Shown: positions 48,311 through 58,430, counted from the first letter of the stretch. The stretch: DNA of 64,000 nucleotides from Desulfovibrionales bacterium (GCA_012727715.1 JAAYGN010000197.1:2060-66059); one strand, 5' to 3'. Notes: a model not told the origin generated them from the letters alone. Program-made: numbers and translations.

Positions 48311-48616
48311 CTAGCCGCAAGATGTGCAGGAACTACAACCAGATGCCGTTACCTTGAGATTGGACTTGATGTTAAAACCCATATGGGGATGAAATTCCAC
48401 TGAAACAGGCTGAACCTCATTCATCAAGCCAGTTTCAACCAAAAAGGTGTACCCATCAATTTCATGTACTGCATCGTTATCTTTTTGCTCATCCAGAGCA
48501 AGAGCCAAACGTGGCCCACCTCATCCAGCAGCCATGTATACACGAATCGGGGATACGTCCTTACCCGCAAAATGCATGTCAAGCTGCTCTTTGGCAGCCT
48601 TGGTCAATTCAAACAT
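48311..48616 (-). CDS. HesB/IscA-like selenoprotein (Sec at codon 32, TGA 48523-48521)
   Basis: ATG 48616 with SD GGAGGA; MFELTKAAKEQLDMHFAGKDVSPIRVYMAAG-U-GGPRLALALDEQ...FLVE...SGCSSCTSCG, 101 aa; the ORF track shows only the part after the TGA. Confidence 0.9.
48485..48501 (-). promoter_or_regulatory. Putative bacterial SECIS hairpin
   Basis: UUGCUC-UGGAU-GAGCAA stem-loop starting about 20 nt after the in-frame UGA, with G in the apical loop. Confidence 0.7.
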
Positions 48617-48762
48617 GAATTCCTCCTACTATGATATGAAACGATACGTAATTACTGATTATGGCATTGTCAATCGCTACAAAACACATTGGATTTTTCT
48701 CAAATTCTCAAGAAAAACGCATAGTACATGACAAAGCTTCAATCATTGTAAACCATCATACC

Positions 48763-49656
48763 TTAAGACATAGTACTCCTTAACCTGCACACTCCACACT
48801 GCCCTGTTGACGTGGGATATCCGCACTCCACACATGGGTGCACGGTGATGTCCTCATCATCCATGGGCATAAAACCTTTTCGACCACGCTTCAAAAAGCC
48901 GTCATAAAAATGAATCTTGCGGCCTGGCTGTATATCTTCCAAATCTAACAAAAGATTTTTATACACAGGAAAGCTGGCTTTCGAGCTATAGGGGCATGGA
49001 GCATAGCCATAATCAATTCCTGCCAAAAAACACAAGTTGGCTGTTTCAAATTCAGACAGACGAAATAATGGCTTGATCTTTTTCGCAAAGCCTTTTTTAG
49101 CAGGCATGACCGGACCCAAATCATGGAGATAATCCATATCCCAACGCATAACATTGGCCAACAATCGGGATGTCTCATCATCAAGATTATGTCCTGTAGC
49201 CACAACAGAAAATTGATTCTCCACCGCAAATTTATTGAAGAAATACCGCTTTACTTGCCCACATACAGAACAAATGGGCCGTTTAACTCTTTTTTTCACT
49301 TCCTTCATGGACAGGTGTAGATCGGTCATCTGGAGAACGTGCAGAGGAATTTCATACTTGTCACAAAACCTTTCACTATACTGCCTGGCAATGGGTGAAG
49401 ACTCGGGAATCCCCAAGTCGATATGCAGTCCGCTAATATCATAGCCCAAAGTTTTTAGCTGCCATGAAAGGGCCAAAGAATCCTTGCCTCCGGAGATAGC
49501 GACCAAGATGCGGTCCGCATGGTCACACATCTGATGTTCTTTAATGGCTCGCTCCACAAGACGCTGGGCAAAAAGAAGATAGCAATCTTTACAAAATGCC
49601 GCATTATGACTGGGCAGAGCGACTACAGCTGGTATTTTACAGCGTGTACATTTCAT
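48763..49656 (-). CDS. TtuA/TtcA/Ncs6-family tRNA 2-thiolation protein
   Basis: N-terminal CTRC...HN..FC Zn finger, PP-loop SGGKDS, CSVC, TGHNLDDE, CPY, C-terminal CVEC...CGVC. Confidence 0.85.
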   Translation of the reverse strand: MKCTRCKIPAVVALPSHNAAFCKDCYLLFAQRLVERAIKEHQMCDHADRILVAISGGKDSLALSWQLKTLGYDISGLHIDLGIPESSPIARQYSERFCDKYEIPLHVLQMTDLHLSMKEVKKRVKRPICSVCGQVKRYFFNKFAVENQFSVVATGHNLDDETSRLLANVMRWDMDYLHDLGPVMPAKKGFAKKIKPLFRLSEFETANLCFLAGIDYGYAPCPYSSKASFPVYKNLLLDLEDIQPGRKIHFYDGFLKRGRKGFMPMDDEDITVHPCVECGYPTSTGQCGVCRLRSTMS

Positions 49657-49883
49657 CCTTTCGAACCTACGTCGCGAACAAGTATTTTATCCCCAGGGGC
49701 CAAAATCAAATCCGGTGTAAGCAGCTGGCCATCGCGGATGACTAAAACACGGCCTGGCTTACGACCAATACGATTTAATAACTGCAACACTGTTTTTAAA
49801 CGATCAAAAACCAGAGTTTGATTTTCTGGCTCCAGGCTAACGGTAATGCGATAATCATACCGCTTTTCTTGAGTGCTATGCAA
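49653..49883 (-). CDS. ThiS/MoaD/TtuB-like ubiquitin-fold sulfur carrier
   Basis: TVLQLL..I...VLVIRDGQLLTPD...GDKILVRDVGSKG; ATGA-coupled to the TtuA-like gene. Confidence 0.7.
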   Translation of the reverse strand: MHSTQEKRYDYRITVSLEPENQTLVFDRLKTVLQLLNRIGRKPGRVLVIRDGQLLTPDLILAPGDKILVRDVGSKG

Positions 49884-49962
49884 AAAAACCTCTTAACAGA
49901 AAAAAAGAGTGGAAGAAATTATAGGTCCATACTTTTAGCTACACACATGCACCAAAAGTATC

Positions 49963-50382
49963 TCACTGAAACCAAAGATGCTCTTCTATAAAATTTAAGT
50001 AACCATGAAGTTTTAGAGCTCTTTCTTTGGTTATTTTGAGCTCACTATAAGCCTGCATCGGCACATACATGGTACCAGAAAAATTTTCATAATAACATCC
50101 CAGGAAGGTCAGCTCACTGTCTCGGAACTTTATCCATCGTCTTTGCGATTCTTGCAGCGCCTCTTTACTTTCAGTATCAAGATTAGTCATAAGTATAGTA
50201 TAAACACGATTAAGTTCCTCATCCCACTTATCAAGAGCAATCTCCATGCACTCAAGTTGTCCGCTAGTGGATGGATCCTTCTCCATACATTGGTCCATCT
50301 CCTCGGAAATAAAGTGCGCCAACGACCAAGAGGGGATCACCAACAGAGATAACACAACCAAGATACCGACTTTTTTCTTCAT
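49963..50382 (-). CDS. LprI/DUF1311 family exported protein
   Basis: Signal peptide, C...ST...EC...WD.ELN..Y, SQR.WI.FRD. Confidence 0.8.
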   Translation of the reverse strand: MKKKVGILVVLSLLVIPSWSLAHFISEEMDQCMEKDPSTSGQLECMEIALDKWDEELNRVYTILMTNLDTESKEALQESQRRWIKFRDSELTFLGCYYENFSGTMYVPMQAYSELKITKERALKLHGYLNFIEEHLWFQ

Positions 50383-50452
50383 ACCACGGCTTCCTCTATG
50401 AAAAGATTCAAATGCTTAAATATTGCAACCAAGTACGTGTACTTAAAAAATA

Positions 50453-51856
50453 TTATGTATTGGGGGAACGCTGTTTCCTTTCATCGCCATTAATATTGTA
50501 CGCTTTAAGCTTACGATATAAATACGTTCGCTCCAGACCTATACTTTCGGCCAAGCGTGATATGTTCCCGCCCACTCGCTCCAAATGAGCCCGCAAAAAG
50601 ATTTCCTCAAAACGACTGCGTGCTTCCTTAAAATCAGCAATATCATCAATAAGAGCCTGGTGGTTGTCCTGCCGAACCTGGACAACTTTATATTCTGGCG
50701 GAAGCATAGCTGCGGTGACTACTTTCCCAGGATAAAGAATATAAAGGCGTTCCACAAAATTTTTTAGCTCCCGGATATTCCCTGGCCAAGAATAACCTGC
50801 CAGCACCTCCATAGCTGTTTGATCAAAACTTATGGGGGGCTGATTTAGTTCGTAAGTAAGCCTCTTGGTAAAAAAAGTAATGAGCTCGGGTATATCCTCT
50901 ACACGCTCGCGCAAAGGAGGAATGGTCAGAGGAAAGACATTAAGACGATAAAAAAGATCCTGTCGAAAACGCCCTTGAATCATTTCTTGATTCAAGTCTT
51001 TATTCGTGGCGGCAATAACTCGTACATCCACAGTAAAAGTTTTGGTACCCCCCACACGTTCAAACTTTTGCTCCTGGAGAATCCGCAAAATTTTCGCCTG
51101 GGTTTTCAGACTCATGTCTGCAATTTCATCCAAAAATAACGTACTTTGATCAGCTAGCTCAAACTTTCCCTTTTTCGCTTTGTCTGCTCCTGTAAAAGCC
51201 CCCTTTTCATGCCCAAAAAGTTCAGACTCAATGAGTTCTTCGGGAATAGCCGCACAATTAACACAAATCATCTCCCGGTCAGCCCGTTTACTGGCAACAT
51301 GCACGGCCCTGGCTGCCACCTCTTTGCCTGTACCATTTTCCCCGGTAATGAGTACCCAGGCATCTGTGGGTGCAACCTGATCAATCAATTCCTTCAAGTA
51401 TATGGTACTCGGACTCTTGCCAGTGATCCCAGGATGAAATTCACTTTTGATACGTGAACGCAGTTCCTTGTTTTCTCGTTTGAGAAAAGAAAGCTCTAAT
51501 GCCTTTTCCGCTGTGACCAAAATATTATCCAAGGACAAAGGCTTTTCAATGAAATCAAAAGCCCCACTTTTAAGGGCTGTAACTGCATTTTCAATATTTC
51601 CATGTCCAGAAATCATGATTACCGGTGTATCGTCGCCCTGGTCACGCAATGTCTTCAAAACAGACATACCATCCATGCCAGGCATCCAGATATCCAAAAA
51701 TATGAGGTCAAAATCCTGATCCTGGATTAGAGAAAGTCCATCAAGACCATTTCTGGCCTCAGTTACGCGGCTTCCTTCATCCTCAAAAATTCCACGCAAA
51801 GAAAAACGAATATCTTCTTCGTCATCAATAAGTAAAATGGATGCATTACTGAGCAT
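50453..51856 (-). CDS. ntrX: Sigma54-dependent response regulator NtrX-like
   Basis: REC, GENGTGKE, ESELFGHEKGAFTGA, WPGNIREL, C-terminal HTH. Confidence 0.85.
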   Translation of the reverse strand: MLSNASILLIDDEEDIRFSLRGIFEDEGSRVTEARNGLDGLSLIQDQDFDLIFLDIWMPGMDGMSVLKTLRDQGDDTPVIMISGHGNIENAVTALKSGAFDFIEKPLSLDNILVTAEKALELSFLKRENKELRSRIKSEFHPGITGKSPSTIYLKELIDQVAPTDAWVLITGENGTGKEVAARAVHVASKRADREMICVNCAAIPEELIESELFGHEKGAFTGADKAKKGKFELADQSTLFLDEIADMSLKTQAKILRILQEQKFERVGGTKTFTVDVRVIAATNKDLNQEMIQGRFRQDLFYRLNVFPLTIPPLRERVEDIPELITFFTKRLTYELNQPPISFDQTAMEVLAGYSWPGNIRELKNFVERLYILYPGKVVTAAMLPPEYKVVQVRQDNHQALIDDIADFKEARSRFEEIFLRAHLERVGGNISRLAESIGLERTYLYRKLKAYNINGDERKQRSPNT

Positions 51857-54067
51857 TTACACCTCATTTCGAGCTGCAGGCAATTCAACAATAAAAGTCG
51901 TCCCTTGAGGCTTACGTGACTTTACCCGAATATGCCCATGATGATCGCTAATAATGGACTTGACGATACATAGTCCAAGTCCTGTGCCACCACGTTTGGT
52001 GGAATAATAGGGTTCAAACATACGCGCCTGTTCTTCAGGATTTATTCCTGGTCCATTATCACTCACTTCAATATATACCCTGCGATTACGCTTGCGGGCA
52101 TACACCTTGACATCCACTTGAGCATGATCTTTTCCTTCTAAAACCTCACCTGCATTCAGGAGAAGGTTGAAAAGAGCTCGTCGCATCGCTTCCTTGTCAA
52201 GCATGACCGTGGAAGCAGACTCAATGTTTAAGGTCCAGGTAATAGAAGAATGACTTCCAGAAAAAATTGTTATGGCCTCTTGCAACAAAGGCTCCACAGC
52301 CTCGGGCTTAAGAATGACTTCAGGCAACTTGGCAAAACCAGAGAACTCACTAACCATTTTCTGTAAGTGCTCTACTTGTTTGATAATGATTCCTGTACAC
52401 TGCCCAAACACAGGATCAGAAATTATGCTGGAAAACTTCCGATCCAAACGCTCTGCTGAGAGCTTGATAGGCGTTAGGGGATTTTTTATTTCATGAGCTA
52501 TCCGTCTGGCCACTTCCTTCCAGGCATCCAAACGCTGCATTTTTTCCAACTCTGAAATATTTTCAAATACTGCCACAATCCCGCTTTCTCCCCCTTCATT
52601 ATCCATAAGGGTTACCGCATTGATTAAAAAAGATGTCTTTTCATCACCCATGTCCAAAGTCACTCGCTGTTGCCATCCAGACCCAGGATTGCCTTGTAAA
52701 AGAGTCTCAATTTCTTTCACCAACTCCTTGTGCTCTGGACCGAACATTTCCAGAGCTGACCGACCAATAAAAGAACCATTTTCTTGTCCAAGCATATCTT
52801 GAGCTGCTTTATTCATGGTGGAAATGCGGCCATGACGATCCAGGGAAACCACTCCAGCCGTAATATTGTTTAAAATTGCCTGTACATAATGATTTTGAGC
52901 AATAAGCTCTTGGTATTGCTGCTCCAGTTGTTCATTGGCTTGAGTAAGGCGTGTACTACTTTGTTCCAAGTCTTGGGCCATACTGTTAAAGGACCGTACC
53001 AAAAGTCCCAGCTCATCACTGGAGTCGTCCTTGAGGCGAACCGAAAGGTCTCCCCTCGCAATGCGCTGAGTACCTACAGCCAAGGCTTGTACCGGCGCAC
53101 TGATTTCCCTGGCCAGTCGAAAACCAAACCATGTTGCTCCAAGAAAAATGAGCATGGTCATCAAACCTAAAACCATATACAACGTCATTTTCAAAGGATA
53201 TTTGAGGATACGCAATTGTTTATACTCTGTTACTCCTTGGGCAATCTGATCAAGACCGGATAAAAAACCTTTGCCCACCCCTGTTCCCAAAATTAAATAT
53301 TTGCTGCTGCCCTGACTCCCCACAGGCACAACACCAAAGACGAGATCAGATGAACTATGGGGCCAAATAGTTGCCCAATACCGAGGAGTGGCAAGCAAAT
53401 CCTCCAAAGGTAATGAGGCTCGAATTTCGGGCCATTGCTCTTGCCACAGGTCAGAACTCTGCCAAATGGTTTCTTGACCATCTTTACCAAGTACGCCCAA
53501 AAAAGTGAGATCATACATCTTGGCTTTGTCCACAAGAGCAGGAATGCTGTTTTTGGAGTCAAGAGACAAACTTTTCTCCCGCAAATGACCAAGAAGAATA
53601 TCTGCCTTCAGTTGTAAGCCAGTTTCAGCTGCATCATAATAGCCTTGTCCAATACGCAAAGCTTCAGCCATGGATGACTCAACCTGAGATTGAAACCAAT
53701 AATCCACTGAAGTACGAATAAACCAGGCAGACAAAAGAAACATGATCAACGTCGGAATCAAAGACAAGGTGACAAAAACCAATACCAGTCGCGTGCGTAG
53801 CGCAGAACCCATAACCCGACGACGGCGATCAAGGATCAACTTGATCACATTGCGCAAGACCAAAAATAAAACCAGGATGAGTAAAATCAGATTAACATTA
53901 AAAAGCGCAAAGAAAAGATAAGAATGAAGACCAAGAAGCTGTAATTCAATCCAGGACAAAAAAATAATTAAAATAGTACCAGCCACTGCCAGCCAGATTT
54001 CTCGCTGTCGTTTGCGTCGCTCATGGGCTGAACGTTGCTGAACAATTATGGGACGAGACTTACCCAT
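51857..54067 (-). CDS. ntrY: NtrY-like sensor histidine kinase (HAMP-PAS-HisKA-HATPase)
   Basis: TM region, SVDYWF, HAMP DELGLL..SFN, AWKEVARRIAHEIKNPLTPI. Confidence 0.85.
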   Translation of the reverse strand: MGKSRPIIVQQRSAHERRKRQREIWLAVAGTILIIFLSWIELQLLGLHSYLFFALFNVNLILLILVLFLVLRNVIKLILDRRRRVMGSALRTRLVLVFVTLSLIPTLIMFLLSAWFIRTSVDYWFQSQVESSMAEALRIGQGYYDAAETGLQLKADILLGHLREKSLSLDSKNSIPALVDKAKMYDLTFLGVLGKDGQETIWQSSDLWQEQWPEIRASLPLEDLLATPRYWATIWPHSSSDLVFGVVPVGSQGSSKYLILGTGVGKGFLSGLDQIAQGVTEYKQLRILKYPLKMTLYMVLGLMTMLIFLGATWFGFRLAREISAPVQALAVGTQRIARGDLSVRLKDDSSDELGLLVRSFNSMAQDLEQSSTRLTQANEQLEQQYQELIAQNHYVQAILNNITAGVVSLDRHGRISTMNKAAQDMLGQENGSFIGRSALEMFGPEHKELVKEIETLLQGNPGSGWQQRVTLDMGDEKTSFLINAVTLMDNEGGESGIVAVFENISELEKMQRLDAWKEVARRIAHEIKNPLTPIKLSAERLDRKFSSIISDPVFGQCTGIIIKQVEHLQKMVSEFSGFAKLPEVILKPEAVEPLLQEAITIFSGSHSSITWTLNIESASTVMLDKEAMRRALFNLLLNAGEVLEGKDHAQVDVKVYARKRNRRVYIEVSDNGPGINPEEQARMFEPYYSTKRGGTGLGLCIVKSIISDHHGHIRVKSRKPQGTTFIVELPAARNEV

Positions 54068-54085
54068 ATCTGGTCTGTCACCTCA

Positions 54086-54652
54086 TTAGTAATCAAATTC
54101 AAATTCATAGCTCTGCTCAGGCACCAGATCCCAACCCGAAAAAAATAATGGCTTGTTCACCCAGCCTGAAACATTGGTACGTGAGATTTTAAAATTAAGC
54201 ACAACCTTGTACACCCTGTTACGCTCAATCATGTCCCAACTCCCCATGGATAAGGACATGCTCGACCAAAATAAATTTAATGAGCTGGTTACATCGGAAA
54301 ATTCAAAAATCCGCGAACCGCGACTATCTTGTACCCGAAACTCACGCGCAATGGGGTTACTGGTCAAGGTGCACACATAACTGGCCTCAGCTAGAAACTC
54401 ATTCCAAATCCCCACCCGGCGATTGTACAGCTTGCCGGTACAGACCACCTCGTATTCACCACCGTCATTTAAGGCTTCAACTACAGCAGATTCATCTTGA
54501 ACAACAAGGCCAAAGCCAACACAAACTTCTCCCTCAGAATTGCTCACCCCAAGGCCTGTGACTCCGACAACATGAGCCAAAGCGCCACGACAAAAAAATA
54601 ACATCATTGGTATGACGAGGATAAAAATCAATGCAGTTCGACGCTGGGGCAT
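54086..54652 (-). CDS. DUF4390 domain protein
   Basis: Exported beta-rich protein directly upstream of ntrY, the usual position; start ATG 54652. Confidence 0.6.
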   Translation of the reverse strand: MPQRRTALIFILVIPMMLFFCRGALAHVVGVTGLGVSNSEGEVCVGFGLVVQDESAVVEALNDGGEYEVVCTGKLYNRRVGIWNEFLAEASYVCTLTSNPIAREFRVQDSRGSRIFEFSDVTSSLNLFWSSMSLSMGSWDMIERNRVYKVVLNFKISRTNVSGWVNKPLFFSGWDLVPEQSYEFEFDY

Positions 54653-54814
54653 GATCTTGTTTATTTTTTCTCTCTTAGAGCTCAATGGAGTTTTTTTCTT
54701 GATTTTCAATACAAGGTAGGTAAGCAGTGGAAAAATAAATTTATTTCCGTCCCACCTCAAGGTGATAGTCTAAGGCCCAATCTTTGACAACTATAGACAT
54801 GTGGAGTCGGCTAC

Positions 54815-56887
54815 ATGAAGCTCAATGAACACAATAGCAAACAACTTTTCTTAGAAGCCGGACTACCTGTTCCACCTGGTATTCTTCTTGGCCCTCACGA
54901 CAAGCTTGATGTTCCATTTGCTCTGCCCTGGGTACTCAAAGCCCAGGTCTTGACCGGTGGACGTGGCAAGGCAGGGGGTATCCGCATAGCTACCAGCCGT
55001 GACCAAGCTATTTTTGAGCTCCAGGAGCTTTTCAACTTAAACATCAAATCCGAAGCTGTGCATCGGGTACGCATTGAACCCAAAGTTTTGGCCAAGCGAG
55101 AACTCTATCTCTCCATCTCTGTCAACAGACAACGCAAAACCATATGCATCACTGCCGGAAAATGTGGCGGCGTAGATATTGAGTCTAGTGCTCCAGAGAC
55201 ACTTCTCCTGGAATATACTGTGCCTGATGTTGGCCTCCAATCTTTTCAGATCAGAAATATTTTTTATCATCTGGACTTGCCACAAAACACAGGCAAAAAC
55301 TTTCACGACCTGATGAAAAATCTCTTTGACTGCTGTATCCGCCATAATCTGCTCTTGGCTGAAATCAACCCTCTGGTACTACTAGAAGACAACTCTCTTC
55401 TCTGTTTGGATGGCAAAGTAGAAATTGATGATCACCAGGTCAGTATTGATCCCTCCTTAAACCGATTTTTTGAACCAGCCCATTTAAGCTTAGAAGAAAA
55501 TCGATCTCGCGAGGCTGGACTGAGTTTTCATAAATTATACGGTTTTGTAGGACTTATGGTCAATGGTGCGGGTCTAGCCATGGCCACCATGGATCAGCTC
55601 AATTACCGAGGTCTGGAAGCGGCCAACTTTCTGGATTTGGGTGGTGGAGCTGACGAAAAAGCCATGCGCACAGCCTTTGACATTCTTTTTGATGACCCTC
55701 GGGTCACCATGGTTTTGATCAATATTTTTGGAGGTATTCTGTCCTGCCAAAAAGTCGCGCAATCCATGCTGGCAGCTTTGGATACTCAACCCCCGCGCAA
55801 ACCTCTGGTGGTTCGTTTTTCTGGAAATAGTGCCCATGAGGGATTGGAATTACTACGAGCTGCCAATCTACCTGGTTTGCATTTGTGCCCAGATATTTCT
55901 TCTGCTTTACATATTTTGAAGTCCCTCAAAAAAAATGAAAAAACACATGGTTCCTATCCTCGCCTGTCCATTACTTCCCACAATCAAGGCTCCTCTATGG
56001 CCCAGCGTCAGGCAGATACACCCTTTCCCATTCCTGATGATTGTGCCATTTTGGTCCAAGGTCTGACTGGTAAACAAGGGCAGCTTCATTGTCGGCTCAT
56101 GCAGGAATATGGAGCAAAAGTTGTGGCTGGAGTAACTCCAGGCAAGGGTGGTGAAACAGTACTGGGCGTGCCTGTCTTTAATACAGTACAAGAAGCTCGC
56201 AAGGCTATGCCCATAGATGCCTCAATTATTTTTGTTCCCGGCGCCCTTGCTCCGGACGCTGTGGTGGAGGCAGCAGCAGCAGAAATCCCCTGGGTCATCT
56301 GTATTACTGATGGTATTCCACAGATAAATATGCTTCGTGCCTTGGACCGGATCAAGACAAGCCCAACCAGAGTCATTGGACCCAATTGTCCAGGTCTTAT
56401 GCTGCCTGGCAAAACCAAGATTGGCATTATGCCTGGTGCTATTTTCAAACCAGGGCCAGTGGCTGTTTTTTCCCGTAGCGGTACCTTGACCTATGAATGT
56501 GTGGATCGCCTAACCAAAGCGGGTATTGGGCAGTCTGTTTGTGTGGGTATTGGTGGAGATCCCTTTGTAGGAACGTCTTTTACCGACCTCTGTCGTCTGG
56601 TACGTCATGATCCGCTTACACGGGCCGTAGTTATTTTAGGAGAAATCGGCGGGACTGCTGAAGAAGAATTGGGAGCCTATATCTGTGCAAGTGGTTTTGA
56701 ATTACCTGTTTTTGGCTTTATTGCCGGCCGTACTGCCCCGCCAGGAAAACGGTTGGGCCATGCTGGTGCTATTTTGGAAAAGGGTTCTGGAGGTATTGCC
56801 AACAAACTACAAAGCATGGCCCAATCAAGGTTTCACATTGTGGAGGAGTTAGATGACCTGGCCACAGCTGTGTACGATGTCTTGTAG
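54815..56887 (+). CDS. sucCD: Fused succinyl-CoA ligase (ADP-forming) beta+alpha subunits
   Basis: beta: KAQVLTGGRGKAGG, EINPL, MVNGAGLAMATMD, NFLDLGGG; alpha: VQGLTG, GVTPGKGG, IGPNCPG, SRSGTLTYE, GHAGA with catalytic His. Confidence 0.9.
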   Translation: MKLNEHNSKQLFLEAGLPVPPGILLGPHDKLDVPFALPWVLKAQVLTGGRGKAGGIRIATSRDQAIFELQELFNLNIKSEAVHRVRIEPKVLAKRELYLSISVNRQRKTICITAGKCGGVDIESSAPETLLLEYTVPDVGLQSFQIRNIFYHLDLPQNTGKNFHDLMKNLFDCCIRHNLLLAEINPLVLLEDNSLLCLDGKVEIDDHQVSIDPSLNRFFEPAHLSLEENRSREAGLSFHKLYGFVGLMVNGAGLAMATMDQLNYRGLEAANFLDLGGGADEKAMRTAFDILFDDPRVTMVLINIFGGILSCQKVAQSMLAALDTQPPRKPLVVRFSGNSAHEGLELLRAANLPGLHLCPDISSALHILKSLKKNEKTHGSYPRLSITSHNQGSSMAQRQADTPFPIPDDCAILVQGLTGKQGQLHCRLMQEYGAKVVAGVTPGKGGETVLGVPVFNTVQEARKAMPIDASIIFVPGALAPDAVVEAAAAEIPWVICITDGIPQINMLRALDRIKTSPTRVIGPNCPGLMLPGKTKIGIMPGAIFKPGPVAVFSRSGTLTYECVDRLTKAGIGQSVCVGIGGDPFVGTSFTDLCRLVRHDPLTRAVVILGEIGGTAEEELGAYICASGFELPVFGFIAGRTAPPGKRLGHAGAILEKGSGGIANKLQSMAQSRFHIVEELDDLATAVYDVL

Positions 56888-56944
56888 CCGAGTCCAAAGG
56901 AATATGTATATGCATCAATCAACCGACTAATCATTGATTTAAGC

Positions 56945-57919
56945 ATGAGTGATCAGCACCTTCATTTTGCCTGGCAGCTCAACCCTGATGGACCAAGCCA
57001 ACTCTTATCCTGGCAGCCAGAACAACCCTGCCCAAAAGTTGCAGGAGTACTTTGGCTACACCTCAACTCTGCTGATCCAAAAATTGCTCCGTGGCTCGCA
57101 ACATCAGGGCTACTCACGCCCACTCTCATTGAGACCTTGTTCGATGAGGATACCAGACCTCGAGCACTGCATCTGGGTTCTGGACTTTTACTCACCTTGC
57201 GGGTCACCCATCCCAGTTTTCTCTCTCAACCCGATGACATGGCTTCCATTCGTCTCTGGATTGATGAAAAATATATTATCTCCACCTCCCAATATCCTCT
57301 CCAGGCAGTCACTGAAGTACACAGCCGATTGAAAGAGAATCTTGGACCAAAATCCAGTGGAGAGTTTTTAAGCATGCTTTTGGACTTTTTAGTGTCCGAT
57401 ATTGGCGAAGTTGTAGAAAATCTTCAGGAACAAATGGCTGATGTAGAGGAATCTATTCTTGATCGTAAAGAAGATGATGACTCACGCCAGGCTCTTAATG
57501 CCCTGCGTCGTCAAAGTATTGCGTTGCGTCGCTACCTTGGTCCCCAACGTGAAGCTCTGCTTCGTCTGATCCAAGAAAAAATATCATGGATAACTACAGA
57601 AGATCACTTTCGTTTACGTGAGACCACTGATGAGCTTATCCGCTATGTTGAAGACGTGGATACAGTTCGCGAACAGGCCGCCTTGGCCCATGAAGAAATT
57701 GTCAACCAATTCTCAGAGACTCTTAACTCGCGCATGCTGACCCTGGCTGTGGTCAGTGCTATCTTCTTGCCCCTGGGATTTCTTACCGGCCTATTTGGTA
57801 TCAATGTTGGGGGTATTCCCGGAGCCAACAGCTCGTGGGGATTTGCCTTCTTTTGCCTGGTCTTGTGTGGAGTTATTGGCCTGATCTTTTTTATTTTTAA
57901 ACGCAACCGCTGGTTTTAA
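56945..57919 (+). CDS. zntB: CorA-family zinc transporter ZntB
   Basis: WLHL, TRPR, LRRYLGPQREAL, FLPLGFLTGLFGINVGGIPG. Confidence 0.88.
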   Translation: MSDQHLHFAWQLNPDGPSQLLSWQPEQPCPKVAGVLWLHLNSADPKIAPWLATSGLLTPTLIETLFDEDTRPRALHLGSGLLLTLRVTHPSFLSQPDDMASIRLWIDEKYIISTSQYPLQAVTEVHSRLKENLGPKSSGEFLSMLLDFLVSDIGEVVENLQEQMADVEESILDRKEDDDSRQALNALRRQSIALRRYLGPQREALLRLIQEKISWITTEDHFRLRETTDELIRYVEDVDTVREQAALAHEEIVNQFSETLNSRMLTLAVVSAIFLPLGFLTGLFGINVGGIPGANSSWGFAFFCLVLCGVIGLIFFIFKRNRWF

Positions 57920-57948
57920 TACAAAAAGATAAAAAAACTACCGTTAAA

Positions 57949-58398
57949 TTAAAAAAATACATAAGGTACCAATCGAGCAACTCGATCCTGATATGCCAGA
58001 TACGCATCTCCAAATTGGTCTTTTAAATCCGCTTCTTCCCATTGAATATGTCGATAAAATAAAAATATACTCACACCGATACCCAAAATACCCAAATTGG
58101 TATTTAAAAGGAGACACAAACCAGGCATGATTCCAAAAAAATTGGCTGCCAACATGGGATTTCGGGTCAAGGCAAAAGGGCCGGATTGCACAAGCATGAA
58201 CCCTTCACCCTTTTTTAATTCCTTTAAGGATAAAAATATCCCCGCCAAGCCCAAGCATAACCATACAAATCCAATCAATGACCCCAGCAAAAACCAATTG
58301 GTATTGTAAAAAATATTATCAAGAATGCTTCCAGCTAAAATAATTGCATATCCTGGTTTAAGTACGTGCCGTACAAATCTTTTGTTTTCCATCTCCAT
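57949..58398 (-). CDS. ICMT/PEMT-family membrane methyltransferase
   Basis: LVQSGPFALTRNPM, EEADLKDQFGDAYLAY. Confidence 0.75.
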   Translation of the reverse strand: MEMENKRFVRHVLKPGYAIILAGSILDNIFYNTNWFLLGSLIGFVWLCLGLAGIFLSLKELKKGEGFMLVQSGPFALTRNPMLAANFFGIMPGLCLLLNTNLGILGIGVSIFLFYRHIQWEEADLKDQFGDAYLAYQDRVARLVPYVFF

Positions 58399-58430
58399 CT
58401 CCTAAAGCACTCTATAGTCACCACATTGGG

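Noticed and set aside
519-49883. Idea that ORP, BioB, Mrp, the TBDR operon, Sec-HesB and TtuA form one metal-sulfur supercluster
   Set aside because: They are spread over 49 kb among unrelated housekeeping genes, and no shared operator was seen.
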